DNA of 64,000 nucleotides from an uncultured Chloroflexia bacterium (GCA_963734535.1 CAVTHS010000014.1:256001-320000); one strand, 5' to 3'. Shown: positions 40,872-51,736, numbered from the stretch's first letter. Translations and numbers: made by a program. Notes: a model not told the origin generated them from the sequence alone.

Positions 40872-41543
40872 ATGCTGACGTTCGTCCTGACCCGGCATGG
40901 CCTGACGGACCGCTCCGACCCGGAGCAGCACCTCGGCCAGCAGATCGACATCGGGCTCTCCCTTGCGGGACGCGCCCAGGCGGCGGCGCTCGCCGGGCGG
41001 ATCGGCGCCGAGCACTTCGACCGGATCATCGCGAGCCCGCTCCTCCGTGCCCGGGAGACGGCGCGCGCGGTTGCGGGCGATCGAACCGTCGAGCTGGACG
41101 GGCGCCTCGCCGAGATGGACTACGGGCTCTGGGAAGGGCTCACCTACGAGCAGATCGACGCGACCGACGCGGACCTCCGCGCACGCTGGGTCGCGGATCC
41201 GGCGGGCCTCCGCTGTCCCGACGGCGAGTCCGGTGACGACGTCGCCGCGCGAGCGCGGGCATTCCTCGACGATCTGCTCGCCTGGGCGGCGCCCGCGACC
41301 GAGGGACAGCAGATCGTCCTGGCGGTCGCGCACAGCTCGTTCAACCGCGTGCTCCTGTGCGTGGCGATGGGCGTCCCGGTGCGCGACTATCGCCGGCGAT
41401 TCGCGCAGGGGCAGGGCAACCTGACCGTGATCCGCTGGCCGTCCGGGGCACGGATCGCCGACGGAAGGCTGCTCGTCGCGAACGACACGTCGCACCTGGC
41501 ATTGCGGGGCCAGTCGCCATGGGAGCTGGCACCCGGGGCGTGA
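40872..41543 (+). CDS. Histidine phosphatase family protein
   Basis: RHG motif, SPLLRARETA, LAEMDYGLWEG, PDGES and VAH. Confidence 0.92.
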   Translation: MLTFVLTRHGLTDRSDPEQHLGQQIDIGLSLAGRAQAAALAGRIGAEHFDRIIASPLLRARETARAVAGDRTVELDGRLAEMDYGLWEGLTYEQIDATDADLRARWVADPAGLRCPDGESGDDVAARARAFLDDLLAWAAPATEGQQIVLAVAHSSFNRVLLCVAMGVPVRDYRRRFAQGQGNLTVIRWPSGARIADGRLLVANDTSHLALRGQSPWELAPGA

Positions 41544-41694
41544 TGTCCTGCGCGGGACGTCGGCGGTTGTCCTGGTCCGCGGGGCGCGCCCGGCTCCGCC
41601 CGGGCGCGGCTTCGGGGCGACTCCCGCAGCCGACGCCCTGGCTTGGGGCCCAGGGGCGACTTCGGGGCGACTCGGCTTGCCCGACGGGCACGGC

Positions 41695-41856
41695 GTTGCC
41701 GGCGCTGCAACAAACCTGCCTCGCAACCGCTGACTGAGGCTTGAAACGGGCGGTTTGTTGCTCGTGGCGCAACGAAAGGCCGCTGCGCACCCTGTTCTGC
41801 GCCCGGCGTGCTGCGTTGTTGATCCGACGTGCCCGCTTTGTTGAATGGCGTGCAAC
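41695..41856. repeat. Second array of GTTG(C/A)-N7-GCAAC palindromes
   Basis: Copies at 41695-41711, 41757-41773 and 41840-41856, each flanked by AAAC or TTT. Confidence 0.6.
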
Positions 41857-41905
41857 GCGTGTTCGCAGGCGCCGCGACGCGTGGCTGGCCCGGCTCTGCC
41901 CGGTG

Positions 41906-42568
41906 CTAGCCCTCGCGGCGCCGCCCGGGGAAGGGCCGCCCGAGACGCAGCCAGATGAACAGGACGACGCCGACCACCACGATCAGGGCGATCAGCAGGT
42001 CGAATGGCTGGAGCGCGTGCCGGATGTCGACCCATCGCTCGCCCAGCTGCACACCGGCCCACACCAGGACGGTCGACCAGATGAATGCGCCTGCCGTCGA
42101 GTAGAGCACGAAGGACCGGATCGGCATGCGGGCAACACCGGCAGGAAAGCTGATGAACGTCCGGACGATCGGCAGCAGCCGGCTGAAGAACGCGGTCTGT
42201 GCGCCCCACCGGGAGAAGAATCGGTCGGCGATCTCGATCTCGTGCGGCCGGATCAGGAGGTACTTCCCGTAACGCTCCAGGAATGGACGGCCGCCCCAGG
42301 CCCCGATCGCGTAGGCGATGAGTGATCCCAGCGTGTTCCCGAGCGTGGCGACCACCACGACGATCCAGAAGCTCCACGCGCCGTGCGTCAGCGGTTCGAT
42401 CTTCGTCGGGTCGGAGACGAGGAAGCCGGCGAACGGGAGGATCAGCTCCGACGGGAGCGGGATCATCGCCGACTCGATCGACATGGCGAGCAGGACCCCG
42501 AGATAGCCGACCGCGCCGTACAGCGACGAGAGGAACGGGATGACGATCTGGTCGATGAAGGCAAGCAT
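41906..42568 (-). CDS. DedA family membrane protein
   Basis: IESAMIPLPSELILPFAG and FFSRLLPIVRTFISFPAG. Confidence 0.92.
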   Translation of the reverse strand: MLAFIDQIVIPFLSSLYGAVGYLGVLLAMSIESAMIPLPSELILPFAGFLVSDPTKIEPLTHGAWSFWIVVVVATLGNTLGSLIAYAIGAWGGRPFLERYGKYLLIRPHEIEIADRFFSRWGAQTAFFSRLLPIVRTFISFPAGVARMPIRSFVLYSTAGAFIWSTVLVWAGVQLGERWVDIRHALQPFDLLIALIVVVGVVLFIWLRLGRPFPGRRREG

Positions 42569-42620
42569 CCCGCGGAGGATACGCGAGGCGCGGGGTCGGA
42601 CGCCGACGGAAGGCGCCGCA

Positions 42621-42702
42621 CGACGACCGGCCCGAACGCCGACGGGAGGCGGCAGGCACCGCGACGACCGGCCCGAACGCCGACGGGAGGCGGCCGGCGC
42701 CG
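42621..42702. repeat. 41-bp tandem repeat (two copies plus a partial) between dedA and hutH
   Basis: CGACGACCGGCCCGAACGCCGACGGGAGGCGGC at 42621 and 42662. Confidence 0.85.
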
Positions 42703-42771
42703 CGACGGTCGGAAGCGGCTGGCGCCGACCCGCCCGGATCGGCACCGGGCCGCGCGGCTATGCTCGACGAG

Positions 42772-44520
42772 ATGACGCCGCACGCCCGTCCCGGACCGTC
42801 CCCGCGAGACCGTGACCACCCGCCCGGACCGCACCGAGCGCCCGACGCCGCCGGAGCCGACGACGTCATCCTGACCGGCGCCGACCTGACGATCGACGAC
42901 GTGGAGGCGGTCGCGCGCGGCGGCACCCCGGCGCGGCTCGACGTCCATGCCCGCGCCCGGATGGACGAGGCGCGCGCCGTCGTCGAGCGGCTGGTCGCCA
43001 CCGGCGAGGTGGTGTACGGGATCACGACCGGTTTCGGCGACCTCGCGACCACGTACATCGCGCCGGTCGACGCACGGAAGCTCCAGGAGAATCTCCTGGT
43101 GAGCCACGCGGTGGGCGTCGGCCCGCCACTGCCACGCGACGTGGTTCGCGCGATGCTGCTGCTGCGGGCCAACACGCTCGCGCTCGGCCACTCCGGCTGC
43201 CGGCCCGTGCTCGTCGACCGGCTGCTCGCGTTCCTCGGCGCGGGTATCCACCCGGTCGTGCCGTCGCAGGGAAGCGTCGGGGCGTCGGGCGACCTCGCGC
43301 CGCTGGCGCATCTCGCCCTGCCGCTCATCGGCCGCGGCGAGGTCGAGATGGGCGGCCAGGTGATGCCGGCGCTCATGGCGCTCCGCGAGACCGGGATCGA
43401 GCCGCTCACGCTCGAGGCCAAGGAGGGCCTCGCGCTCCTCAACGGGACGCAGCTGATGAGCGCGCTCGGCGCACTCCTGCTCGCGGACGCCGACCGCCTT
43501 GCGCGAACCGCATCGGTGGCGGCGGCCCAGAGCGTCGAGGCGCTGCTCGCAACCGACGTCCCGTTCGCCGCGGCCTACCAGCTCGCCCGGCCGCACCCGG
43601 GCCAGGTCGCGGTCGCCGCCGAGCTTCGTCATCTCCTCCGTGACTCGGGCCTGATGGCGTCCCACCACGGGTCGGGCCACAAGGTCCAGGACCCGTACTC
43701 GCTCCGTTGCGTGCCGCAGGTCCACGGGGCGATCCGCGACGCGCTCGACTACCTGCGCCGGGTGCTCGACGTCGAGCTGAACTCCGCCACGGACAACCCG
43801 CTGGTCTTCCCCGAGGGCGGCGCGGCCGGCGCGGACGTCGCGGCGACCGGCGGCGGACTCGTGATCAGCGGTGGCAACTTCCACGGAGAGCCAATCGCGC
43901 TCGCGCTCGACTTCGCGAAGCTGGCGATCGCCGAGCTCGGTGCGATCTCCGAGCGACGGATCGCGCTCCTCGTCGATGGGCGCCTCAACGGGGGCCTGCC
44001 GCCGTTCCTCGCCCCGGCGAGCGGCCTCAACTCGGGGATGATGATCCTCCAGTACACGGCGGCGGCGCTTGCGTCAGAGAACAAGGTGCTGGCTCACCCG
44101 GCGTCGGCCGACTCGATCCCGACCTCCGCGAACCAGGAGGACCACGTCTCGATGGGGGCCATCGCCGGTCGCCACGCTCGCGAGGTGCTCTCGAATGTCG
44201 AGCAGATCCTCGCGCTGGAGCTGCTGGTCGGGGCGCAGGCTCTGGATCTCCGGCTCGCGATGGCCGGGTCGACGATCGCTGATCCGGGCGCGGTGGCGGA
44301 CGCGGGCGTGGGGCCGGCCCCGCCCGCCAAGGCCGCCAACGTGCCGGCCGCCGGACGAGGAGTGGCCGAGGCGCACCGACGAATCCGCTCGGTCGTGGCG
44401 CCGCTCGTCGCGGACCGCGAGATGGGTGCGGACATCGCGGCCGCGATCGCGCTCGTCCGCGGCGGCGCGCTCGCGGACCTTGTCGACGCGCACGACACGT
44501 ACGGATCCGGGACCGGGTAG
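42772..44520 (+). CDS. hutH: Histidine ammonia-lyase
   Basis: VYGITTGFG, MIO-forming GSVGASGDLAPLAH, KVQDPYSLRC, SGGNFHG and NQEDHVSMG. Confidence 0.97.
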   Translation: MTPHARPGPSPRDRDHPPGPHRAPDAAGADDVILTGADLTIDDVEAVARGGTPARLDVHARARMDEARAVVERLVATGEVVYGITTGFGDLATTYIAPVDARKLQENLLVSHAVGVGPPLPRDVVRAMLLLRANTLALGHSGCRPVLVDRLLAFLGAGIHPVVPSQGSVGASGDLAPLAHLALPLIGRGEVEMGGQVMPALMALRETGIEPLTLEAKEGLALLNGTQLMSALGALLLADADRLARTASVAAAQSVEALLATDVPFAAAYQLARPHPGQVAVAAELRHLLRDSGLMASHHGSGHKVQDPYSLRCVPQVHGAIRDALDYLRRVLDVELNSATDNPLVFPEGGAAGADVAATGGGLVISGGNFHGEPIALALDFAKLAIAELGAISERRIALLVDGRLNGGLPPFLAPASGLNSGMMILQYTAAALASENKVLAHPASADSIPTSANQEDHVSMGAIAGRHAREVLSNVEQILALELLVGAQALDLRLAMAGSTIADPGAVADAGVGPAPPAKAANVPAAGRGVAEAHRRIRSVVAPLVADREMGADIAAAIALVRGGALADLVDAHDTYGSGTG

Positions 44521-44620
44521 CAGGGTCCGCGGAGCCGACCCCGAGGCCGCACCCCGAGGCCGCACCCCGAGGCCCATGGGCGCGACTCCGTGGGCGCGGC
44601 CCCAGCGCGGAGGCCGGGCT

Positions 44621-45346
44621 TCAGCGGCGGCGACAGCTCCCGAGTGCACGCACGGCGGCCGCGGTCACCAGCGTCACCGTGAGCGTCCGCCACGTCCAGC
44701 CGAACCCGCCCGGGTCGTCCGGCCCGGCTACGAGCGTGCTTCCGTCGGCGGGGCCGAGCCGGATCAGCGGCACCCACGCGGTGAGCTCGAGGATTCGCTC
44801 GTCGGGCGCGCGCCACGGCAGGTCGCCGATCGCGGTACCCGGCAGGGCCATCGATCGGACGAGCAGCGGGATGATTCGTGCCCGCACCGCCGGATCCAGG
44901 ATGTCCGCCGCGTGCGCCGCGAACGGCGGGCGGGCGGGGAGGAGGACCTCGACCCCAGGGTTGGCAACCAGGTTCCGATACCAGAGGGTGGATGGACCGT
45001 AGCCGGCAAGCACCCACGCGGCGCCGTCCTCGACGAGGTAGCCGAGCGGTGTCGGGCGGCGCAGGCCGCTCTTCCGGCCGGTCGTGGTGAGCAGCAGCTG
45101 CCAGCCCGTCAGCGGGTTCCCCAGCCAGGCCGCGAGGCCCGCCCGGTGGAACGGCACGACCGCGTACCGGTTCGCGTAGCGGAACGCCACCCGGCTTGCG
45201 CGCGAGAGGGCGCCGACCACGCCGATCTCGTCGGGAGGCTGTGGCAGGGACGGGAATTCGGATGCCGCCCACGAATCCTCCGCCGCGGGGGCCGCGGGGG
45301 CCCCAGGGATCACGGCGATCTCGATCGCCTCGACCGTCGCTGACAT
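44621..45346 (-). CDS. Deazaflavin (F420)-dependent nitroreductase family protein
   Basis: LLLTTTGRKSGLRRPTPL and WYRNLVANPGVEV. Confidence 0.85.
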   Translation of the reverse strand: MSATVEAIEIAVIPGAPAAPAAEDSWAASEFPSLPQPPDEIGVVGALSRASRVAFRYANRYAVVPFHRAGLAAWLGNPLTGWQLLLTTTGRKSGLRRPTPLGYLVEDGAAWVLAGYGPSTLWYRNLVANPGVEVLLPARPPFAAHAADILDPAVRARIIPLLVRSMALPGTAIGDLPWRAPDERILELTAWVPLIRLGPADGSTLVAGPDDPGGFGWTWRTLTVTLVTAAAVRALGSCRRR

Positions 45347-45473
45347 GCCCGCACGATTGCTCGCGACGGCGAGCCCGCCAAGGGCCTTTCGGACGGTTTC
45401 GGGCGTCGCCAGGGACCGGCGACGTGCGTTCCCCACGCCAGTCGGGCACGGCATGGCGCGCTACCCTTCACGC

Positions 45474-46279
45474 GTGGACCGGATCCGGATCGTGGACGTA
45501 ACCGACGCGACGACCTTCGGCCTGCTCCCACCGTGCGCAGATCCGGCGTTCGACCACCGGACATGCGACTACTGGGAGGATCGAGACCGCGGCTCGAAGG
45601 CGCAGCCGTCCCGGCTGGCTCCAGGCCACGGCCGTGCCCGGCGCCGCCGCGGGCCGGGGCGGAACCGTGCAGTCCCAGGCTTCGATGAACCCGTTTGCCC
45701 CGGCTTCCGCGGAGCGGCCAGCCAACCCCTTCGCCCCGTCGCCGGTCCCGTCAGTTGGGCTCGAATCCATTCGCACTCGATGACCCTGACGCGGACGACT
45801 CCAATCCGTTCGCACCCTCTCGACCGCAGCGCGCGGGCGTCCCGGCCGGCAGTCCGCGCAAGCTGGGCCTGCTGGGGCGCGGGCTCGCGATCTTCGGCAG
45901 CTACGCGAAGGTGCTCGTGCTCGAAGCGGACGATGGCGACCAGCCCGTGGCCTACGCCCAGTTCGGGCCGCTCTCCGCGTACCCCCGCGCACTCCGGCTT
46001 CGGGAGCTCTACCCACAGCTGCCCGACACGCCCCTCCCGGCGGTCATCACCTGCATCGCGACCGTCGACGACATGCGCGGCCGCGGGCTTGCGCTGCGCC
46101 TGGTCGCGGCGGTCTGCGAGGACCTCGCTGGCCGTGGCTTCTTCGCGGTCGAGGCGTACCCGGAGGCGAACGCGCGGCCCGACGCGACGAGCGCGGCCAC
46201 GCCCGCGTTCTGGGTTCGGGCCGGCTTCCGGCTCGCCGTGGACGACGAGCGCTTCCCGGTAGTTCGCCGCGAGCTCTGA
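45474..46279 (+). CDS. GNAT acetyltransferase with an NPFA-repeat insertion, frameshifted
   Basis: N-terminal TCDYWE; C-terminal VAYAQFGP, VITCI, RGRGLA, AVEAYP and FWVRAGF. Confidence 0.75.
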
Positions 46280-46304
46280 AGGGCGAGCACAGGCGCGACC
46301 GCTC

Positions 46305-46357
46305 TTGACAGATGGTCGTACCATCGTGGCATGAACGGTCGGACCACTGGTCGTACC
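46305..46357 (+). promoter_or_regulatory. Toxin-antitoxin promoter/operator
   Basis: TTGACA at 46305; near-palindrome GATGGTCGTACCATC at 46311-46325; GGTCG(T/G)ACC at 46314, 46337 and 46349. Confidence 0.65.
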
Positions 46358-46642
46358 CGGCGTCGCGTCGTGCGCGAGAATGCGGCGCCCTACGGGGTCG
46401 GGACCGTCGACAAGGTCTCGATCAGCCTGCCGCCCGGGCTGGTCGCGCGCGCCCGCGCGCAGGCCGACCGCGAGGAGTCGTCCCTGAGTGCTGTCGTTGC
46501 GGCGGCGCTTCGGGAGCAGTTCGACCGGGAGGACCAGGCGCGGCTGGATGCCGCCCTCGACGCCGACCGCGAGGAAGGGATTCGAGCCGCCGAGGCCTTC
46601 CTGCCGTATTCGGCGGCCCTGTTCGCCGAGGCGGAGTGGTGA
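46331..46642 (+). CDS. Ribbon-helix-helix antitoxin
   Basis: KVSISLPPGL...SLSAVVAAALRE; GTGA overlap with the toxin gene. Confidence 0.8.
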   Translation: MNGRTTGRTRRRVVRENAAPYGVGTVDKVSISLPPGLVARARAQADREESSLSAVVAAALREQFDREDQARLDAALDADREEGIRAAEAFLPYSAALFAEAEW

Positions 46643-47010
46643 CCATCGGGCGTGCCGCCCCGCAGGCCGGACCCCGAAAGGGCGACATCTTCGTGGTGGA
46701 GTTCCCGGCCCTCGGGGGTCACGTCCAGGCGGGGCGGCGACCCGCGGTGGTCGTCCAGGCGGACCGGTTCTCCCGTTCGGGAACGGTCGTGCTGTGTCCG
46801 ATCACGAGCGCGCCTCCGCCGGACGACCACCCCCGGCCGCACCGCGTGCCGATCACACCGGCCGAGACCGGGCTGGATCGAGCGGGCTGGGTGAAGGCCG
46901 ACCAGCTCCAGACGATCCCGACTGGCATGCTCCATGGACCGGTCGCACGCCTCGCGCCGGCGGCGATCAACCGGCTCGACGTGGCGCTTCGGTTCGTGCT
47001 GGACCTCTGA
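46639..47010 (+). CDS. mazF: PemK/MazF family toxin
   Basis: RKGDIFVVEF..GGHVQAGRRPAVVVQ, LCPITS and ADQLQTI. Confidence 0.88.
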   Translation: MTIGRAAPQAGPRKGDIFVVEFPALGGHVQAGRRPAVVVQADRFSRSGTVVLCPITSAPPPDDHPRPHRVPITPAETGLDRAGWVKADQLQTIPTGMLHGPVARLAPAAINRLDVALRFVLDL

Positions 47011-47132
47011 TCACCCCGCGCCGCGCAGCCAGGCGCGCCCCGTCGGGCCTCGTCGCCGCGAGCCGCAACGTCGCCGACGCCGCGAGCCCCGACGTCGCCG
47101 ACGCCGCGGTCCGCCCGTCGCCCGGTCCGACC

Positions 47133-48458
47133 TCAGCCGAGGCCGCGTCCCCGAAACGCGTTCGCGTGCGCCGGGAAGCCCTCGTGGTCGGCCAGCGCGA
47201 TCGTGGGCCCCGCAAGCTCGGCAAGCGCGGCCGCGGACAGTCGCGCGATCGAGGTGGTCGTCTGGAACGTCCGAGCCGTCACGCCGCCGTTGAGCTGGGC
47301 GTAGCCCCCGGTCGGGAGCGTCGCGGGGATCCCGATCGTGTAGCTGCTCGCACCGATCGGGGTGTCCTGGCCGAGCAGCGCCTCGCCGGCGTAGCGGAGC
47401 GATCGGAGCGTCGCCTCCGTATCGGCCGTGGCGACCTGGCAGTGCTCGGCCGCGTAATCGTTCGCGAACGCGATGGCGCCGTCCATCGTGTCGAACAGGA
47501 GCACGCCGCCGAGATCGCCCAGGACGGCCGTCGCGTACGTCCGGCGCGGCTCGGGCAGCGAGGCGACGGCCGCAGCCACGGCAGGCTCCAGGGCGGCGAC
47601 GAGCGCCGTCGAATCCGTCACGAGCAACGCGGCCGAGTCCGCTCCGTGCTCCGCCTCGTTCACGAGGTCGAGCGCGAGGCGCCAGGGATCTGCGGTGGCG
47701 TCCGCGATCAGCAGGCTCTCCGATGGACCGCACAGCATGTTCGTCGCCGTGCCGAAGCGCTGCGCCAGCACCTGCGCCGCCGTCACCGCGGGCCCCCCCG
47801 GCCCGACGATCTTGCGTACCCGTGGGAACATCGCCGTCCCGAACGTCAGCGCGGCGATCCCGGCGGGGCCGTTTGCCCGGAAGACGTTCGCCAGGCCAAG
47901 CTCGTGGGCAGCCGCCAGCGTCGCCGGGTCGACCTCGCCGGTACCGGGCATCGGGGGGACGAGCACCATGATCTCCGGCACGCCGGCGACGACGGCCGGG
48001 GTGCCGATCTGGCAGAGCACCGACGGGAAGCTTCCCTTGCCGGCGGGCACGTAGAGCCCGGCCGAGGGGATCGGGGCGACCTGCTCGCCGACGAGGAAGC
48101 CGGGCCGGACTTCCTCGCGCCAGCCCGCGGCCGTCGCCCGGACCTGGGCCTCGTTGAAGAGCCGGCTGTTCGCGATGGCCTCGCGGATGCCGGCCAGCAG
48201 CTCCGGGCCGATCGCGGCGTGGGCGGCGGCCAGCTCCGCGGGCCGGACGCGGAGGTCGCCCGGAGCGATCGAGACGCCATCGAATCGCTCCGTCGCGTCC
48301 ACGACCGCTCCGTCGCCGCGTGCCCGCACGTCGGCGAAGAGCCGCTCGATCGACGCGACCAGCCCCGGCTCGAAGATCGCGGCGGTGGAGCGGGCGAGGA
48401 GGCGCGTCTGCTGGTCGGCGTCGAGGGTGGCCCAGCGGCGGACACTCAGGATGCGCAT
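47133..48458 (-). CDS. hisD: Histidinol dehydrogenase-like protein (divergent active site)
   Basis: [31 protein letters not shown] and EGFPAHA. Confidence 0.85.
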   Translation of the reverse strand: MRILSVRRWATLDADQQTRLLARSTAAIFEPGLVASIERLFADVRARGDGAVVDATERFDGVSIAPGDLRVRPAELAAAHAAIGPELLAGIREAIANSRLFNEAQVRATAAGWREEVRPGFLVGEQVAPIPSAGLYVPAGKGSFPSVLCQIGTPAVVAGVPEIMVLVPPMPGTGEVDPATLAAAHELGLANVFRANGPAGIAALTFGTAMFPRVRKIVGPGGPAVTAAQVLAQRFGTATNMLCGPSESLLIADATADPWRLALDLVNEAEHGADSAALLVTDSTALVAALEPAVAAAVASLPEPRRTYATAVLGDLGGVLLFDTMDGAIAFANDYAAEHCQVATADTEATLRSLRYAGEALLGQDTPIGASSYTIGIPATLPTGGYAQLNGGVTARTFQTTTSIARLSAAALAELAGPTIALADHEGFPAHANAFRGRGLG

Positions 48459-48529
48459 TGCAGGAGCCTACCGGATCGCCGCGCGGGAACGCGAGCGCCG
48501 CGCTCGAGCCCAGCCGCGACTGCGCCACT

Positions 48530-48559
48530 CGGCGTGACACCGACCGGCGTGACACCGAC
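48530..48559. repeat. 15-bp direct repeat (two copies) in the hisD-like/hutU divergent promoter
   Basis: CGGCGTGACACCGAC at 48530 and 48545. Confidence 0.8.
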
Positions 48560-48583
48560 CAGCGGTCGCGCGACACTGTCGGG

Positions 48584-50278
48584 ATGACGACGACCCCCGG
48601 CGCGACAGGCGCCTCGCCCCTCCCCGGCGCCCGACCCGTCCGCGCGCCGCGCGGCACCGAGCTTTCGTGTCGCGGCTGGCAGCAGGAGGCGGTCCTCCGG
48701 ATGCTCATGAACAACCTGGACCCGGAGGTGGCCGAGAACCCGGATGCGCTCGTCGTGTACGGAGGGACCGGCCGGGCTGCGCGATCCTGGGAGGCGTTCG
48801 ATGTGATCGTCCGCGAGCTGCGTGCGCTCGCGGACGACGAGACGCTCCTCGTCCAGTCCGGCAAGCCGGTCGGCGTGTTCCGGACACACCCGTGGGCGCC
48901 GCGGGTCCTGATCGCGAACTCGAACCTGGTGGGGAAGTGGGCGACCTGGGAGCACTTCCGCGAGCTGGAGCGCGCCGGCCTGATGATGTACGGCCAGATG
49001 ACGGCCGGCTCATGGATCTACATCGGGACGCAGGGGATCCTCCAGGGCACGTACGAGACGTTCGCCGAGCTGGCCCGGCAGCATTTCGGCGGGACGTTGC
49101 GCGGCCGTGTCGTCCTGACCGCGGGACTCGGCGGGATGGGCGGCGCCCAGCCGCTGGCCGTGACGATGAACGACGGCGTGGTGATCTGCGTGGAGGTCGA
49201 CGAGGCGCGGGCCCGCCGCAGGCACGAGATGGGGTTCGTGGACCGGCTCACCCACGACCCGGACGAGGCGCTCGGGTGGGCGCGCGCGGCCGCGGCCGCC
49301 GGGGAGCCCCTCAGCATCGCCCTCGTCGGTAACGCCGCGGAGACGCATCCGGAGTTCGTGCGTCGCGGCGAACGCTTTGACGCAGTGACGGACCAGACCT
49401 CGGCGCACGACGCGCTCGGCGGCTATGTCCCGCCGGAGATCGCGCTTGCCGACGCGGTCGCGCTGCGCCAGGCCCAGCCCGAGGTGTACGAGCGGCGCGC
49501 GATGGCCGGCATGGCCGCCCACGTCCGCGCGATGCTCGCGATGCAGGAGGCCGGCTCGGTCGTCTTCGACTACGGCAACAACATCCGGGCGCAGGCCCAG
49601 GCCGCCGGCGTGGCGAACGCATTCGACTTCGAGGGGTTCGTGCCGCTCTTCATCCGGCCCCAGTTCTGCGAGGGTCGCGGGCCGTTCCGCTGGGTGGCCC
49701 TCTCCGGCGACCCGGCCGACATCCTGCGCACCGACGCGGAGATCCTGCGCCTGTTCCCGGACGACGACGGCCTCCGCCGCTGGATCGAGATGGCCCAGGC
49801 GAAGGTCCCCTTCCAGGGGCTGCCGGCTCGCATCTGCTGGCTGGGATACGGCGAGCGGGCGAAGGCGGGGCTGGCCTTCAACGAGCTCGTGCGGCGGGGC
49901 GAGGTGCAGGCGCCCATCGTGATCGGCCGCGACCACCTGGACTCGGGGTCGGTGGCGTCGCCCAACCGCGAGACCGAAGGGATGCGGGACGGGACGGACG
50001 CCGTCGCGGACTGGCCGCTCCTCAACGCCCTCGTGAACACCGCGGCGGGCGCGACGTGGGTCAGCATTCACCACGGTGGCGGCGTCGGGATCGGCTACAG
50101 CCAGCACGCCGGGATGGTGGTCGTCGCGGACGGGACGGACCTCGCGGCGCAGAAGCTGGAGCGGGTCCTGGCCAGCGACCCGGGGATGGGCGTGATCCGG
50201 CACGCCGACGCCGGCTACGAGCGCGCCATCGAGGTTGCGCGGGAGCGCGGCGTGCACATCCCGATGCTGGAGGACTGA
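48584..50278 (+). CDS. hutU: Urocanate hydratase
   Basis: [44 protein letters not shown] and [18 protein letters not shown]. Confidence 0.98.
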   Translation: MTTTPGATGASPLPGARPVRAPRGTELSCRGWQQEAVLRMLMNNLDPEVAENPDALVVYGGTGRAARSWEAFDVIVRELRALADDETLLVQSGKPVGVFRTHPWAPRVLIANSNLVGKWATWEHFRELERAGLMMYGQMTAGSWIYIGTQGILQGTYETFAELARQHFGGTLRGRVVLTAGLGGMGGAQPLAVTMNDGVVICVEVDEARARRRHEMGFVDRLTHDPDEALGWARAAAAAGEPLSIALVGNAAETHPEFVRRGERFDAVTDQTSAHDALGGYVPPEIALADAVALRQAQPEVYERRAMAGMAAHVRAMLAMQEAGSVVFDYGNNIRAQAQAAGVANAFDFEGFVPLFIRPQFCEGRGPFRWVALSGDPADILRTDAEILRLFPDDDGLRRWIEMAQAKVPFQGLPARICWLGYGERAKAGLAFNELVRRGEVQAPIVIGRDHLDSGSVASPNRETEGMRDGTDAVADWPLLNALVNTAAGATWVSIHHGGGVGIGYSQHAGMVVVADGTDLAAQKLERVLASDPGMGVIRHADAGYERAIEVARERGVHIPMLED

Positions 50279-50280
50279 CG

Positions 50281-51606
50281 TCAGGCAGGGGCCACGCCAC
50301 CGGCGGGGCCGCCGGGCCCGCCCCCGGAATCGGCGGCGCCCGCGTCGTCCTCGACTGGCTCCGGCATCGTCACGATCGACCGCACCGACGATAGGGCCAC
50401 CGGCACGAACGCGACCAGCCCGCCGATGGCGCCCACCACGATGGTCGCGTGCAGGCCGATGAGGCCGCCGAGCGCGGCACCCGCGACCGAACCGAGCGGG
50501 ATCGTTCCCCAGACGATGAACCGCATGGTCGCGTTCATCCTGCCCTGCATCCGCGGCGGGGTGATGGCCTGGCGCAGCGAGACCTGGTTGATGTTCCACG
50601 CGACGCCGAAGAACCCGCCCACGAAGACGAAGAGCGCAACGGCCGGGAATATGAGCCCGTCCGGCGCGAACGCCACCGGGATTCCCTCGAGGCTGAAGCC
50701 GATCGACGACAGGACAAGCATCCGGCCCACCCCGACCCGGGCGGTGACCCGGCTCGTCGTGAGGGCGGCCAGGAGGACACCGAGGGATCCGATGGAGAAG
50801 GCGAACCCGATCGCCTCGGGCGCCATGGCGCGCTCACGGGCAAGGTAGAGAATCAGGATCGAGATGAACACGTTCCCGAAGAAGTTCGAGGTCCCGGTCG
50901 TCGCGGCGATCGAGCGCAGCCAGCGGTGTCCGGCGACGTACCGCAGCCCGACCGCGATCTCGGCGCGCATCGACGGCTTCGGCCCATGGGCCGCCTCATC
51001 ATGGGGTGCGATCGGCGGTTCGGGGCGACGGATGAGGAAGACGAACACCGCCGACCAGACGTAGCTGGCCGCGTCGATCGTCATCGCGAACGGCGCCCGC
51101 AGCAGGCCGATGAGCACCCCGGCCATCCCGGGGCCCACGATCTGCGAGGCGGACCGGGTGATCTCGAGCTTCGAGTTCCCCTCGACGAGCTGGTCGCGCT
51201 CCACGATCGACGGCAGGTAGCTCTGGTAGGCGACGTCGAAGAAGACCGTCAGGCACCCGTTCACGAAGCCGACGGCGTAGAGCTGCCAGATGGTCAGCCC
51301 GTTGAGCGCGAATGCGACCGGGATCGAGCCGATTGCGGCGGCCCGCCCGAGGTCGGCGGCGATCAGGATCGGGCGACGGCGCAGCCTGTCCACCCAGACA
51401 CCGGCGGGCAGGCTCAGAAGGATGAACGGCAGGAACTCGATCGTCGTCAACAGGCCGAACTCGAAGGGACTGACCCTGAGCGTGGTCGCCGCGATGATCG
51501 GCAATGCGAGCTGCGTGATCGCGGTCCCGAAGACCGAGACGGTCTCGCCCGTCCAGAGCTTGAGGAAATCGGGGTGGCGCAGGAGGCTGCGACTCGGTGA
51601 CGCCAT
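50281..51606 (-). CDS. MFS transporter (MFS_3 / H+ antiporter-like)
   Basis: DFLKLWTGETVS.FG, AGVWVDRLRRR, FFDVAYQSYLP and LRQAITPPRMQGRMNA. Confidence 0.9.
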   Translation of the reverse strand: MASPSRSLLRHPDFLKLWTGETVSVFGTAITQLALPIIAATTLRVSPFEFGLLTTIEFLPFILLSLPAGVWVDRLRRRPILIAADLGRAAAIGSIPVAFALNGLTIWQLYAVGFVNGCLTVFFDVAYQSYLPSIVERDQLVEGNSKLEITRSASQIVGPGMAGVLIGLLRAPFAMTIDAASYVWSAVFVFLIRRPEPPIAPHDEAAHGPKPSMRAEIAVGLRYVAGHRWLRSIAATTGTSNFFGNVFISILILYLARERAMAPEAIGFAFSIGSLGVLLAALTTSRVTARVGVGRMLVLSSIGFSLEGIPVAFAPDGLIFPAVALFVFVGGFFGVAWNINQVSLRQAITPPRMQGRMNATMRFIVWGTIPLGSVAGAALGGLIGLHATIVVGAIGGLVAFVPVALSSVRSIVTMPEPVEDDAGAADSGGGPGGPAGGVAPA

Positions 51607-51736
51607 GAGGGCGGAGTGTATCCCGGCGGGTGCGCGGCGCCTGTGCCTGCGATCGCCTGCTCCCTCCAGCCGCGCCGCCGCCGCCCATCGCGACGGGACG
51701 CGGACGACGCGCCCGCCCTGCCTGTAGCATCGATCC

